A stretch of 64,000 nt of DNA from a virus (taxonomy: Duplodnaviria; Caudoviricetes). How positions within the stretch are numbered: position 1 is the first letter of the stretch; each line of letters starts with the position of its first letter. The stretch covers positions 1 through 64,000 of the IMG/VR virus record IMGVR_UViG_3300021255_001866; one strand, written 5' to 3'. The translations under genes were made by a program, and so were the position numbers. Of this stretch, positions 32,944-44,126 are shown one piece after another. The notes beneath the pieces were generated by a model. That model did no database searches. It was not told the DNA's origin and saw nothing but the letters and a program-made list of their open reading frames with translations.

Positions 32944-35919
32944 TTAACTAAGCATCTCTCTGAACCATCTGTACGTAACGTCGAGCCCTTTTGCAATCGC
33001 GTACGGCGCGCAAGACGATTCATCGTATTCCTGTACCTCCAAAAGTGCAGACGCTTTAGGATCATATGCTTTTCCGAAAAACCATGCATATGATTCTTCT
33101 ACGTTCTCTCGGGCGCAAATTTTTCCATGGAGCGTTGTATGATCGATCGTTGATGTATTGTAATAATCGACCGGATCTCCATTTGTCCACGTAGTGTTTG
33201 CGTACCAAATTTTTGCCAGTTCATCAATCATGACGTTGAATTGGCTGCGCGTAGAAATCTTTTCTGCGGTAAAATATCCGAGAGAATACGAGCAATTATG
33301 CAGGTCAATATAACAGTCTTTTGGATTATTGGCAAATCCATGAACTTGCATATAATCCGTGAGAGCTTTCGCTTCGCTTGCATATGTGGGGATAGTGAGC
33401 GTCGAATACGAGGGGTTGGTATTGTCGGTACATACACATTGCCTATTTGCATCATACAGTGGCAAATCTTCGTCTGGCACTTTCTGAGATCGGTCTGCAT
33501 TATATGCCGCCGCAAGATAACGCCGATAATAGTCATAACTCCAGCGATCAAGGCATGGCACTATGCGATATTTTTTCCCTTTCAAAAATTCTGAATAAAT
33601 TGTACCCGTCATAAATGCGCGTCTGAACATAGCATATAGGTTCCAGCAGGGGGATGCTTCTACGCCGTGGGTGCCCGCTGTTATATAGATAGTCGGGAGG
33701 TTGTCGTAAGTAATATCTACGTTGCTCCCATAAGTCAGCTTGGGGTGTATATAATACGCTTTTACGGGTTTATAGTTTGCGCCGCTCGTATCTATAGAAT
33801 ATCCAATTGTTTCTCCCGCATCAATATATTGTGGATATTTAGCCTGTAATGCGTCCCATAGCGCGTACACAACATCGCTCGATATTGTCCTAAACCCGCC
33901 AGGATGATCACCCCAAGCTGTCGAGTTGCCGATTGTCACGCCGATTTCGCCGAGCGACGCAATCATTTCATCGTTTTCTTCCGATGGGACGTGCAAAAGG
34001 AAATCGCTATTTTGCCACGCATATTGTTGTGCGATCGTCGGAATGTTTGTGATAGTGCGCCATTCGTCAAACCGACCGCTGTCAATCATGATGTGACGTA
34101 ACCAGATTTCGGTATATCCGTTTGTAGCCAATACCTGATATACATGATTTGAGTTGTGTGTATTAAATACAGTCAGCAAACCGGTTGTATCAAATTGTTG
34201 CGGCTTGTTGAGCAAACTACGTCCAATAACAGTTGTTCCGATTCGCCATTGCCCCGGTTGGACATAATCGTTGAGATCGTCGCCAGATTCCACAGCGTCG
34301 TCTGTTATTGGGGACAAATTAAATCTGCTTGCGATCTCCTGTTGCAATGCGGTTATCGTACTTCCTTGTGTTATTTCCTGCCACTCTTTGAAGTAGGTTC
34401 CGTTGTAATAGCGCACATATATCCCAACGCTATTCATCAAGCCTGTAGCATTGGCTATATATATCTGCACACAAGTAGACTTCGACGATGTATTTGATAC
34501 GATAAGTTTGCCGCTACGAGCCAGCGGCATATTAGCAACAGTGTTCGCTATTTCCTGTGTATTCACGGCATACTCACCGGGAGAAGTATAATCGTTAAAA
34601 TCATCGTTGGCTGCGACGCTATCCTTTGGAACAATGGTCTTCAGTGCTGAATCGGCAACTTGTTCCACCAAACGTAGATCAGCCTCTATGTCCTCGTTGC
34701 TTTCAGCGGATAGCATAATTGGATTTACAGTCTCATCAACGGTATGACTGGAATTAACCCTAAGGAGTACGTTTATTGCCGTAGCGTTTTCCGGCAGTGA
34801 GAAAGTTCCGTCATTATAAAAATCATAATTACCGAGTGACGTACTTCCGTTGTATGGCGTAAATCTTAGCCGCACATTTGCGCTGCTGTACTGTACGTTA
34901 TACGTTTTACCGGGGACAAATCCGGTTGGCAGCGGCACGGGGGCACCAACCGCACCAATCATGAAATTGAAGGCCGCTGAACTGGATGTGCTGCCCTGAA
35001 CTCTACATTTTCCATCCGCATCCCACTCCCAAGTAATCCCTGATTGTGTATAATCAACGCCGCGCGGCAAAAGGTTAACTGAATTATATTGGATTAAGAC
35101 GTTCTTTACATCACTTGTTTGGCGATTTAAGTTGCTTACATCATTTGCAAGCGCCACTTGTGTCCAATCATCTGGATCAAACGCCGGTGTAGCCACTCCA
35201 CTATTATCAACTGCTTGAATACATCTATACAGATTATCATTATAAATACAATAATCCCCGACTGCATAAGTAGTTTTCGCCCCAAACAAATCACCAATCA
35301 TATCGGTATCTGCTTCATTATCACGAACTCTTTGTAATTCTACTTCTAAAGTTGTTGCAGTAAAATGTGTCGCGTTCCATGCTGCTGCATTATGTGCAGT
35401 GGTACATCTATAAAGTGTTCTGGTAGTAATTCCATTCGCAGTAGTCGCGTAAAATACTAAATCTCCAACTCTATAGTCTACACTTGCGCTAAAGTCGCCA
35501 GTGATACACCCATGCTCAACTTTGCGACTATCAACCGCATTTAATGCAGTTTTGGTGCCGCCGCTCTGTACAGCATTTGTACTTCCTAAAGTTGGTGCGG
35601 CATCTACATTATAAATTGGACTGTTTTCATCATTATCAATCCATAAATCCCCTACTCGTGGATTGGCTGGAGCGCTCGCTTGACTTGGTGGAATATCGAG
35701 TTTTCTATCTAATTCTGCGCCCATATTTGTTTCTACAAAATGGGATGCATTCCATGCACCAGCCGCATGAGCAACTGTACATCTATATAATTTACCTTGG
35801 TAAGTGCAATAGTCCTTTACTTTGTAGGCGGTCGATGTATTAAACTCGACCGCCGTAAGTGGGACTCTTGCTGTTTCTTGACCTGGTAATGTTAAACTAT
35901 GAAAAGTTTTCTCTGCCAT
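32944..35919 (-). CDS. tail fibre-like protein: three CBM-like repeats, knob-like repeats and a C-terminal M14-type zinc peptidase domain
   Basis: YKVKDYCTYQGKLYRC repeats; AGTHGVEA and IDLHN peptidase motifs. Confidence 0.72.
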   Translation of the reverse strand: MAEKTFHSLTLPGQETARVPLTAVEFNTSTAYKVKDYCTYQGKLYRCTVAHAAGAWNASHFVETNMGAELDRKLDIPPSQASAPANPRVGDLWIDNDENSPIYNVDAAPTLGSTNAVQSGGTKTALNAVDSRKVEHGCITGDFSASVDYRVGDLVFYATTANGITTRTLYRCTTAHNAAAWNATHFTATTLEVELQRVRDNEADTDMIGDLFGAKTTYAVGDYCIYNDNLYRCIQAVDNSGVATPAFDPDDWTQVALANDVSNLNRQTSDVKNVLIQYNSVNLLPRGVDYTQSGITWEWDADGKCRVQGSTSSSAAFNFMIGAVGAPVPLPTGFVPGKTYNVQYSSANVRLRFTPYNGSTSLGNYDFYNDGTFSLPENATAINVLLRVNSSHTVDETVNPIMLSAESNEDIEADLRLVEQVADSALKTIVPKDSVAANDDFNDYTSPGEYAVNTQEIANTVANMPLARSGKLIVSNTSSKSTCVQIYIANATGLMNSVGIYVRYYNGTYFKEWQEITQGSTITALQQEIASRFNLSPITDDAVESGDDLNDYVQPGQWRIGTTVIGRSLLNKPQQFDTTGLLTVFNTHNSNHVYQVLATNGYTEIWLRHIMIDSGRFDEWRTITNIPTIAQQYAWQNSDFLLHVPSEENDEMIASLGEIGVTIGNSTAWGDHPGGFRTISSDVVYALWDALQAKYPQYIDAGETIGYSIDTSGANYKPVKAYYIHPKLTYGSNVDITYDNLPTIYITAGTHGVEASPCWNLYAMFRRAFMTGTIYSEFLKGKKYRIVPCLDRWSYDYYRRYLAAAYNADRSQKVPDEDLPLYDANRQCVCTDNTNPSYSTLTIPTYASEAKALTDYMQVHGFANNPKDCYIDLHNCSYSLGYFTAEKISTRSQFNVMIDELAKIWYANTTWTNGDPVDYYNTSTIDHTTLHGKICARENVEESYAWFFGKAYDPKASALLEVQEYDESSCAPYAIAKGLDVTYRWFREMLS

Positions 35920-35933
35920 TAAATAAGTCCTCC

Positions 35934-37601
35934 TTAAGCAAGACTAATGGTTAAATCACCGTTATCATTTAAAAAATTCAATTTATTTTGTTTTTGAATA
36001 ATAGAATTATTAATTTTTAAACTACTCCAAGTTTTATTGTTCACTGTAGTACTATCATTAATAACTCCAGCATAGTCTGATGGAAATACAAAATCAAAGT
36101 AACATGTATCATCTACAATTCTAAGTGACACATTAAAAGCATTTCCTGAAGTAACATTACCTATAGCAAAGGTAGTGGCTTCAGCAGATACTCCACCAGT
36201 TGGCCCCATAATTGAATAAGTTGGCATCCATACTTCGCCGTTAGAACCATAGAATTTTAAATATCCATCTTGTGTAGTTTCAATATTAACAATATTTATA
36301 CCACTTGGCCCTTGTGGTCCTTGTGGTCCTGTAGCTCCAGTGTCGCCTTTTGCACCAGTGTCACCCTTTGGTCCAGTTTGGCCAATGGCACCAGTAGCAC
36401 CAGTATTTCCTCTTGGGATATCAAATTCAAAAATAAATTGTTTTTCTCTTGGCCTGTCTGCTTCTACTTCAGCATCAGTTGCCGTAATACGGACGGCCGC
36501 GTTTGTTCCAGGTTCAAGAGTGTTAACAGTTCTTACAGTGACATCATTAGAAATGCCAGTATAAATACCTCTAGGTATTCCCAGAGCGAAATCAAAGCTC
36601 TTCTATAAATTACTTACTTCTCCACTTGCCGCTTGTCCTGGTACATCACGGACTTGTACACTTGCTGTTGGATCTTCAGTATATGGAAGTGGAGTTACAC
36701 TAATAGTAGCATGTGGTTTAACGGATGGTAAAGTAAAATCAAAATGATATTTATTATTATCATCATTATAATCAGCCGTTACCTAAGCCGGTTTACCAGG
36801 ATCTGCTGTAATAACTGAACCAACAGACGCATTACCAAGAGCTTCCATATACCATTTTGCATTATTATGCCATGCCGGGTCTGCGAAAGATGCAGTAACT
36901 TGAATTAAGTCACCACGGACTGGTGTACCTGTAATTGTAAAGCCTAACGCGATCATGTCAACAATACGGTTATTGTATCCATATTCCCAGCCATTGGTAG
37001 TATAAGTAAATGTATATACAGTCACTTTATTAATAGTAGATGGATCTATATTATTTTTAAACGTTTCAAAGTTTAACGAAACATTAAGACCACTGGTATG
37101 GTAAATACTATAGGAATCTCCAAGTACATCTTCTGTACTTCTTTTTCCTTCGGCCCATGCTTGCGCGCTCTCGATAATACTACCAGCTTGGCCTACCATG
37201 TCGTAAAGATACCCGAATGCTTCTGACTCAAGCGCACCTTCAACAATATTTGGAGCGGCTTGAACATCAATTATAAAACTAACAGTACCAATACGTGTGG
37301 CGCCCGCCGTAAGAAGTATATCTGCGTAGCAACGACCAGAAGTCGATAAATCACTCGATGTAAAAGTGATTACTACTTTATGTTCGGATGGATATATATC
37401 TGCACTATTCCATCCAGCTTGCCCATTGGGCTTACGAATACGATAAGACGCCGTGGCCGTTTCGGGTATCTGAAAAGGTTCGCCATTCTCTAAAATTGTT
37501 GCTGTTAGAGTACGGCCAATATGATCACCCTACTTTGCACCAACGACAAGATAAGATGTATTCGTATTCAAATCTAGAGTTATGTCTTGATTATAGATCA
37601 T
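35934..37601 (-). CDS. BppU-like baseplate/tail protein with a collagen-like repeat (3 TAG=Gln)
   Basis: AK[TAG]GD..R BppU-type N-terminus; GATGAIGQTGPKGDTGAKGDTGATGPQGPQGP; one 555-aa frame joins three track ORFs. Confidence 0.8.
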
Positions 37602-37794
37602 GGCTTGCCCTTGAAATGAAATAATTAGTTCTTTCGAGATTAAGTTGGGGTAGGGTGAGGAGATTATAAAATTGGGGTAATTTATAGAATTCTTTAATTA
37701 CCAAGTCATTACTCTAAACTTTTTCCAAACTTCTCTTACTTCTAAATATCAGATGACCAAAAGTCTGATAATAATCTAAAGGAGGTATTTTTAT

Positions 37795-38418
37795 ATGGAA
37801 AATACCGATTTTATTTTTGAACTCCCAGAAGATCTCTTCGATACGAAGCTTCCAAATAGCTTCTATTTAAAATATTATAATGACCTCAAAAATCGTATTA
37901 TATGGATCAACGAAGAAATTACTGGTGATTTAACTCATGAGCTTACGCATTATATTATTCAATGGAATCGAGAAGACCGCAATATTTCGGAAATGGATCG
38001 CAAGCCAATAAAACTTCTCTTTGATAGCCCCGGTGGGGAATTAGATGCGCAAGCTGCAATATGTAGTATGATTGAACTTTCAAAAACACCAGTTATTGGT
38101 ATAGCCATCGGTATGGTTGCTTCGGCCGCTTCTTATATATATCTTTCATGTCATGTGCGGCTGGCCCTAAAATCAAGCTACTTCATACTTCACAAAGGTA
38201 GTGCAAACCTTACTGGTGATTTTGACAATATAATGAACTCTATTGATGACTACAAAAAAGAAATTGATAAGTTAGTCAACTTTATAATAGAGAAAAGTAC
38301 CTATACGAAAGAAGAAGTAGAAGAGCATATCAAGAAAGACTGGTATGTTAGAGCGCCGCAAGCTGAAGAAAAAGGTTTAGTTGATGAAATCATCACAGAT
38401 ATTAATGTTTTTCTTTGA
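37795..38418 (+). CDS. ClpP-like protease
   Basis: FDSPGG, ASAASYI, FILH, DWY. Confidence 0.85.
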   Translation: MENTDFIFELPEDLFDTKLPNSFYLKYYNDLKNRIIWINEEITGDLTHELTHYIIQWNREDRNISEMDRKPIKLLFDSPGGELDAQAAICSMIELSKTPVIGIAIGMVASAASYIYLSCHVRLALKSSYFILHKGSANLTGDFDNIMNSIDDYKKEIDKLVNFIIEKSTYTKEEVEEHIKKDWYVRAPQAEEKGLVDEIITDINVFL

Positions 38419-38428
38419 GGTGAACTAA

Positions 38429-39253
38429 GTGTATACTGGCTATAAAGAGTTTGTTTACTCTAACAATGATATGTCAAACTTCTACACAGATCCAAGCTTA
38501 TTGGCTTCTCAATTTAAAGAAAACGAATATCTTCTTATAAGTGATGCTGATGGTAAAGTAGTAGATAAATACTGTTTTCAAAACGGTCAATTTAGACAAG
38601 TTCGTTTTCCTATGATTACCAATAAGTATTCTAAACCCATTAAACCGCGCAATGACCATCAAGTTTTAGCATTAGATTTACTTCAAGATAGAACTTCTAA
38701 AGTGAAAATTTTGCGTGGTGTATACGGAAGTGGTAAAGACTTCCTTATGCTTAATCAAGCACTTGAATTTGTTGAGAGTGGCCTATTCGAGAAAATCGTC
38801 TATATTCGCCCCAACGTAACTGTCGCAAATGTTCCCGAAATTGGCTACTTAAAAGGAAGCGCCGAAGAAAAACTCGAATGGACTCTTGGCCCACTCTACG
38901 ACAAGGTTGGCGGCAGAGATGGTATTCAACTTCTAATGGACAATGGACAATTAGAAATGGTTCCACTTCTCCATATACGCGGCCGCAGCTTTGACAACAG
39001 CATAATGTATGTATGTGAAGCACAAAATATCACAAGCGAAATTGCAAAGCTCATTATAAGCCGTGCTGGAGAGAATACCGAGATCTGGTTAAACTCTGAT
39101 ACACACCAGGTTGATCATAAAACCTATGAGAAAGATAATGGCATTACCAAAATGATTGATAAATTGAGTGGTAATAAATTATTTGGATATGTCTATCTAC
39201 CAAAAACGGAGCGCGGGCCAGTTGCAGAATTGGCTACTCTGTTAGATGACTAA
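38429..39253 (+). CDS. phoH: PhoH-family ATPase
   Basis: GVYGSGKD, IGYLKGS, HIRGRSF, EAQN, SDTHQ. Confidence 0.88.
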   Translation: MYTGYKEFVYSNNDMSNFYTDPSLLASQFKENEYLLISDADGKVVDKYCFQNGQFRQVRFPMITNKYSKPIKPRNDHQVLALDLLQDRTSKVKILRGVYGSGKDFLMLNQALEFVESGLFEKIVYIRPNVTVANVPEIGYLKGSAEEKLEWTLGPLYDKVGGRDGIQLLMDNGQLEMVPLLHIRGRSFDNSIMYVCEAQNITSEIAKLIISRAGENTEIWLNSDTHQVDHKTYEKDNGITKMIDKLSGNKLFGYVYLPKTERGPVAELATLLDD

Positions 39254-39295
39254 GTAGAGGGGCTTCTGCCCCTCTATTTTATAAAGGAGGAAGAA

Positions 39296-41041
39296 ATGGC
39301 ACAAGCAAAAGTGAATATACCATATCCTCACACAAGCATTGAAAACCCTATTGCTTATAACTGGGGTAATGACGATAGTTGGGCTGGGCAGTTTTGGGAA
39401 AGAAGGCGGCAAGCCGTTATTTCAAAACTAACTGGGTCAAGAGTTAATTATGATGATAATCTTTAGGATTTACGCATATTGGGCGAACGCATGAAGGCAT
39501 TGGGTGAAGCCGAAAGATAGAAAGAATTGAATTTATTACGCCGCGCGCTCCCAGATTTTGATTTTTCAAATATAGATGAGAATCAATTGATTCAAAAATT
39601 GAATGAAGTAATACGTGGGAAGGAATAGTTTGAATTTGCTTTATAGAGAATTGAAGCGGCAATGAATCATGGTGGTACAATTGCAAAGACTACAAATGAA
39701 CCATTCAAAGGTTTGGCGCCTTCTATGGCATCTGTTTTTCTTTCGTATTTAACTACAGAAATGGTAGCTGTCTTCAATTAGTTTGCATAGTAGTTAAATA
39801 TTAATGATTCAGTTTCATAGTGGGATGTATATTTAGAATAGCATTTTAATGAAGCTGTAGATATTGCTATGCGAAAAATGTTAGAAGAATCACGTGTTGG
39901 TAAAGAAGTAGATAAGATCTATGGAGATGCCGATCAATGGCGCGCAATTGGTGAAGCATATAGAATGTTAAAACCATTTCAAGATTAGTTTAAATCCATG
40001 TTAAGATCAAAATTAAACTTAGATGAACTAAAAACTGCCTTTACTAATGGTGAAAATAGTGCTATATTAGCAAAAGCACAGCGTGGTAATAAACGAAGCG
40101 GTTTTAGCACATATTTACGAAAAAATTTGAAATGGGATAAGCGTACTGCAAGTATTGGTGGTTCTGTTGCTGAGTATTTAAATACATTGATTGCTAATAT
40201 GGTTCCAAAAGGCGGCACTATAACGGATAAGGCCACTGTTGTAGTTGAAGGTGAAAAAGTACGTACTGATACTGTAGGTGTATATCAATTTACAGTTGAG
40301 GGTGAATTTGATGCCGCTGAATTAGCAAATGATTTAAATAATGTACTTACAAGCGCGGGCGGCCTATCGGATGCCGCAGAAGGATTGCGAAATTTCTATA
40401 ACAGAAATTTGAGAAATTTAAACGATACGTTTATAATATATACCAGTACGAAAAACTACTCTTTAGGTAGTGGTTTTAGTGGTTTTCATAATGGTAGTAA
40501 TCTTCCTCTTAGACGACTTCCAGAATATATTGATGCGGCCGGAATTAGTGCTGATGTAGGTCAAGATTTTGTTTATACTGCATATAATACACTTGAAAGT
40601 GCAGTGTTTGAAGATGAACGTGAAGATATAAGGTAGAATATCGTCAATATTTTAACAAGCGCCGCCGCAAAGTTAATGTTTGATGATTGGCAAACAATCG
40701 GTGTTCCTAATGTAGGTGCGCAATCGATCCATGTATTTGATTTGGATGGTATTTCTATTCCAGCGAGCTTACTATTTATTAGACTTGGAACTGCTATGAT
40801 GACGGCGGTTAATGAAATGAAAACATGGGTATCTGTACGTGTTCACTTACCACATACTGTCTTGTATCACCCTGATGATTGGAAAACTTTTGGATCTACC
40901 AATGAAGACATTAAAAAGGGCATCTATCAAAAATGGGAAGAACAAGCAAAAATGGCGGAAAAGGAATCTGAATTTTCAGTGAAGTTTCTTTATAATTTTA
41001 AATCTTTGATGCGTTCTTTAATTAGCGGCGTTTCTATTTAA
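39296..41041 (+). CDS. large hypothetical protein, possibly virion-associated (multiple TAG=Gln)
   Basis: AAGGAGG RBS; a single 581-aa frame once TAG is read as Gln, joining track ORFs 39998 and 40676. Confidence 0.8.
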
Positions 41042-41260
41042 ATTTGATTCTTTTAAAAAAATATAGTATAATAATTATAGAATAAAGAGTGATTGAATGA
41101 AGAAAATATAAGATGAACTATAAGGGAAGGAACAAGAAATGACAACTATAACGTATTTTAAGGACTGGGATTTCTATAGAGTATGGGAGAATGGAAAAGT
41201 AAGATATTGTACGCTTGAAGAAGTTTTGTATATACTATCTACTAAAGAAGGAACTAAGAT

Positions 41261-42082
41261 ATGAAGTATATGGTTACAGGGGATTGTCATTCTGTTTTCA
41301 CACGTTTTGCCAATCTCCCCAAAGATGAAGAAATAGGTATGATAATTTTAGGAGATGCCGGTTTTAATTTCTACCTTAATAAAACTGATGCACGAAAGAA
41401 AAAAGAAGTTTCTGAAAACTATCCTAATATTACTTTTTATTGCGTACGCGGCAATCATGAAGCGCGGCCGCAAGATATTCCCAATATGAAACTCAAATAT
41501 GATCCAGATGTGGATGGAATGATCTATATGGAAGATGAATATCCCAATATTCGATACTTCAAAGATTATGGCATTTATACAATTAATGGATATGATTGTG
41601 CTGTAATTGGTGGCGCTTATTCTGTTGATAAATACTGGCGTCTTATGCGTGCTGGCATCACTTCTAAACTCGATAAAGACTATTATAACCCAAAAAAGAC
41701 CGGATGGTTTTGGAATGAGCAGTTGACTGCGGAAGAGATGGATCGAGCAGCCGCATTGTTCAAAGGGCAGCACTTTAGTTTTGTCTTTTCGCATACTTGC
41801 CCTTTTGAGTGGGAGCCAAACGATCTTTTTCTTTCACAAGTAGATCAAACCACTGTTGATAAGTCTATGGAATTTTGGATGGATAAAATCAAAAATACTT
41901 TTGAAGGGGAAGTATGGTTGTTCGCACACTTCCATGCTGATCGTATTGAGCGGCCGCACGTTGAAATGTATTATCATGATATGGAAGAACTCAATGAAAT
42001 ATATAATCGCTGGAAAAGATATGATGCTACCGGCGAACTTGAATGGCATTTGGTTAAAAGTCCGAATTTCTATATGACTTAA
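41261..42082 (+). CDS. calcineurin-like metallophosphoesterase
   Basis: TGDCHS, GDAG, RGNHE, SHTCP, HFH. Confidence 0.88.
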   Translation: MKYMVTGDCHSVFTRFANLPKDEEIGMIILGDAGFNFYLNKTDARKKKEVSENYPNITFYCVRGNHEARPQDIPNMKLKYDPDVDGMIYMEDEYPNIRYFKDYGIYTINGYDCAVIGGAYSVDKYWRLMRAGITSKLDKDYYNPKKTGWFWNEQLTAEEMDRAAALFKGQHFSFVFSHTCPFEWEPNDLFLSQVDQTTVDKSMEFWMDKIKNTFEGEVWLFAHFHADRIERPHVEMYYHDMEELNEIYNRWKRYDATGELEWHLVKSPNFYMT

Positions 42083-42084
42083 TT

Positions 42085-42135
42085 TTGACTTTTTAATAAA
42101 TCTATAGTATAATATATATAGAAAATGAGAAAGGG
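42085..42135 (+). promoter_or_regulatory. representative copy of the repeated sigma70-type promoter/RBS cassette
   Basis: TTGACT-N17-TATAAT followed by the conserved ATATATAGAAAATGAGAAAGGG; many near-identical copies in the window. Confidence 0.85.
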
Positions 42136-42144
42136 AGCTAAGAA

Positions 42145-42348
42145 ATGAGAGATCCTAAACGTATTCCACGTATCCTTCATGAAATTCAACGTGTATGGGA
42201 AGCCTTTCCCGATTTGAGACTTGGACAACTTCTACTCGATGCTTATGATGATGCTCTTTATTATATCGAAGACGAAGATCTTGTACATGAACTACTAGAA
42301 TTTGGATATAAATATGCAAAGGAGACCCTTGATGGCGAAAAGAGATAA
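42145..42348 (+). CDS. small phage protein (MRDPKRI family)
   Basis: First ORF after the promoter cassette. Confidence 0.7.
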   Translation: MRDPKRIPRILHEIQRVWEAFPDLRLGQLLLDAYDDALYYIEDEDLVHELLEFGYKYAKETLDGEKR

Positions 42349-42480
42349 AAACCGTTCGTATAATGAATGGGAAGACGATTGGAAAGATCCCGAAGAAGAG
42401 CAGAAGAAGAAACGTGAAAAAGAACGCCATGATCAGAGAACTCGTAAATATATGGCAGCAGATGATTGGGATGATATAGA

Positions 42481-42768
42481 ATGAAGAGAGTCGGACCGGA
42501 AGATATTATCCAGATCAATGAAGCATATCTGGCATGTGGTACTTATAGTGGCGCGGCGGCAGCTACTGGATGGTCAGCTTCAACGGTAAAGAAATATGTT
42601 GATCCAAATTATAAAAGTCAACCAGTAATAACAGAAGATGAAGTTGATATTGAACTTCCACCGCTCTCTCAAGTTGCCGAATGGCTGCCGCCTTGGTATG
42701 ATATTACTTGTTTGACGCCACAAGAAGAGAAAGAAATCAAACAGCTCTGGAAGGAGATGTTGGTGTGA
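42481..42768 (+). CDS. HTH-containing hypothetical protein
   Basis: GTYSGAAAATGWSASTVKKY helix-turn-helix pattern. Confidence 0.6.
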   Translation: MKRVGPEDIIQINEAYLACGTYSGAAAATGWSASTVKKYVDPNYKSQPVITEDEVDIELPPLSQVAEWLPPWYDITCLTPQEEKEIKQLWKEMLV

Positions 42769-43079
42769 AAACCTATTTTGAATTTCGTGAGACAAGTAAT
42801 AATGGTTGGACTATTTGTCCAGTTCATAAAGAGTGGATTGGAGAAGATTTCTCAAAGCCGATAAAAGGTAGTTTTAATTTGTTAGCTTGTAGGGTGTCTG
42901 GACTTAGCTGGCCGCAATGGCTTCGGTATTGTCGTCAAAATGGTGCTTCTTTATATGGGAAGGGACATAAATATGTAGTGGCTGTATGGAGAGAACCGAA
43001 TAAAGCTTTCCTTACAAAACTTAACCAGCGGGCTAATGACCTTGCGAAGATTATTGATTTTAAGGAGTTGAATCTATAA
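42765..43079 (+). CDS. hypothetical protein (GTG start)
   Basis: GTGA overlap with the upstream stop. Confidence 0.6.
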   Translation: MKTYFEFRETSNNGWTICPVHKEWIGEDFSKPIKGSFNLLACRVSGLSWPQWLRYCRQNGASLYGKGHKYVVAVWREPNKAFLTKLNQRANDLAKIIDFKELNL

Positions 43080-43213
43080 TGGATAAGCAGATCTTTAAGA
43101 AGACTGGCGAAGAACTTCAAGAGTTTTTGAATTTTAGGAAGAGAGCCAATAGAGTACCAAGTAAGAAGGGTAAAGGTTCATATAATCGTAAAGATTTTAA
43201 GAAGGGAGAATAG
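43079..43213 (+). CDS. ArfA-like small basic protein (44 aa to TAG; 54 aa to 43243 if TAG=Gln)
   Basis: AAGGAG RBS; MDKQIFKKTGEELQEFLNFRKRANRVPSKKGKGSYNRKDFKKGE contains the KKGKGSYxRK ArfA motif. Confidence 0.6.
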   Translation: MDKQIFKKTGEELQEFLNFRKRANRVPSKKGKGSYNRKDFKKGE

Positions 43214-43214
43214 G

Positions 43215-43427
43215 ATGGATGTAAAGCTATGCCCGAGATGTAATAAGTTGCCAAATATTAAGGTGAAGCATAAACTTAGATATATGTGTGTTATGAGTTG
43301 TGGTACACTTGGGTGCAAGTTGTATTATCCCATTATTACACTTGGTTTTAATAAAGAGAAGACAATGAAGAAGGCGGCCGAGCGATGGAATGCTGCGGTT
43401 GATAGATATGATGATTTAGTTCTATAA
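43215..43427 (+). CDS. Lar-like zinc-finger small protein
   Basis: CPRC..CGTLGC..AAERWN. Confidence 0.6.
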   Translation: MDVKLCPRCNKLPNIKVKHKLRYMCVMSCGTLGCKLYYPIITLGFNKEKTMKKAAERWNAAVDRYDDLVL

Positions 43428-43442
43428 AGGAGAGTGATGTAA

Positions 43443-43930
43443 ATGTCCTTGAAGATTCTCTTCTTGGATGTTTAGCCCGAAAGGGCAAATAAGTAGATGG
43501 AGTATTAAATAATAATCGAACTCGTACTGTAACATTCGATGGATGGCGTTTTGTTGATGATTATCTAGTTGAACGTTTAAAACAAATAATTGATGCCACG
43601 GGCGCCAAGATCGTATTAAGTTCTACATGGCGGGATGGTTGGAATAGAGAAGATGAGTCTAAGAATGAACCATTCTTTAACCAGCTCAGAGATAAACTCA
43701 AAGAGTATGGAATGGAAATTTGGGATGCTCTTCCAATACCTGTGCGGTCAAGTCGTGGCATTGCTATTAATGAATGGTTTAAATTACATAAAGATTTAAG
43801 TATCGAATCTTTTGTAATTTTAGATGATTGGTATGACATGGGTATATATAGAGATTATCTTATTCAAACAAATGGCGGTATTGGCCTCACCGATGAAGAT
43901 GTACAAGAAGCTATTAATATGCTTAATTAA
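43443..43930 (+). CDS. HAD-family phosphatase (RNA-repair 'Swiss army knife' HAD type), interrupted by a 23-nt insert at 43473-43495
   Basis: MSLKILFLDV|DGVLN..IVLSSTWR..FVILDD; removing 23 nt gives an exact 155-codon frame. Confidence 0.85.
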
Positions 43931-43942
43931 CAGGTGGTATAG

Positions 43943-44126
43943 AATGACTATTATTGTTGAAGGCGATTTAAATCGTCTTAAAGAAATTAAACGATTTAAT
44001 TGCCGTAAGTGTGGTTGTATTTTTGATGCTGAAAAAGAAGAGTATAAAGTATCAAGCCAGTATAACGAAGAATATTATTCGTGTATCTGTCCAACTTGCG
44101 GCAATAATGTGTATATTCCGCACTAA
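43943..44126 (+). CDS. small zinc-ribbon protein
   Basis: CRKCGC..CPTCG. Confidence 0.6.

Noticed and set aside
36310-36410. Short tandem repeat
   Set aside because: It is the Gly-X-Y collagen-like segment of the BppU-like protein.
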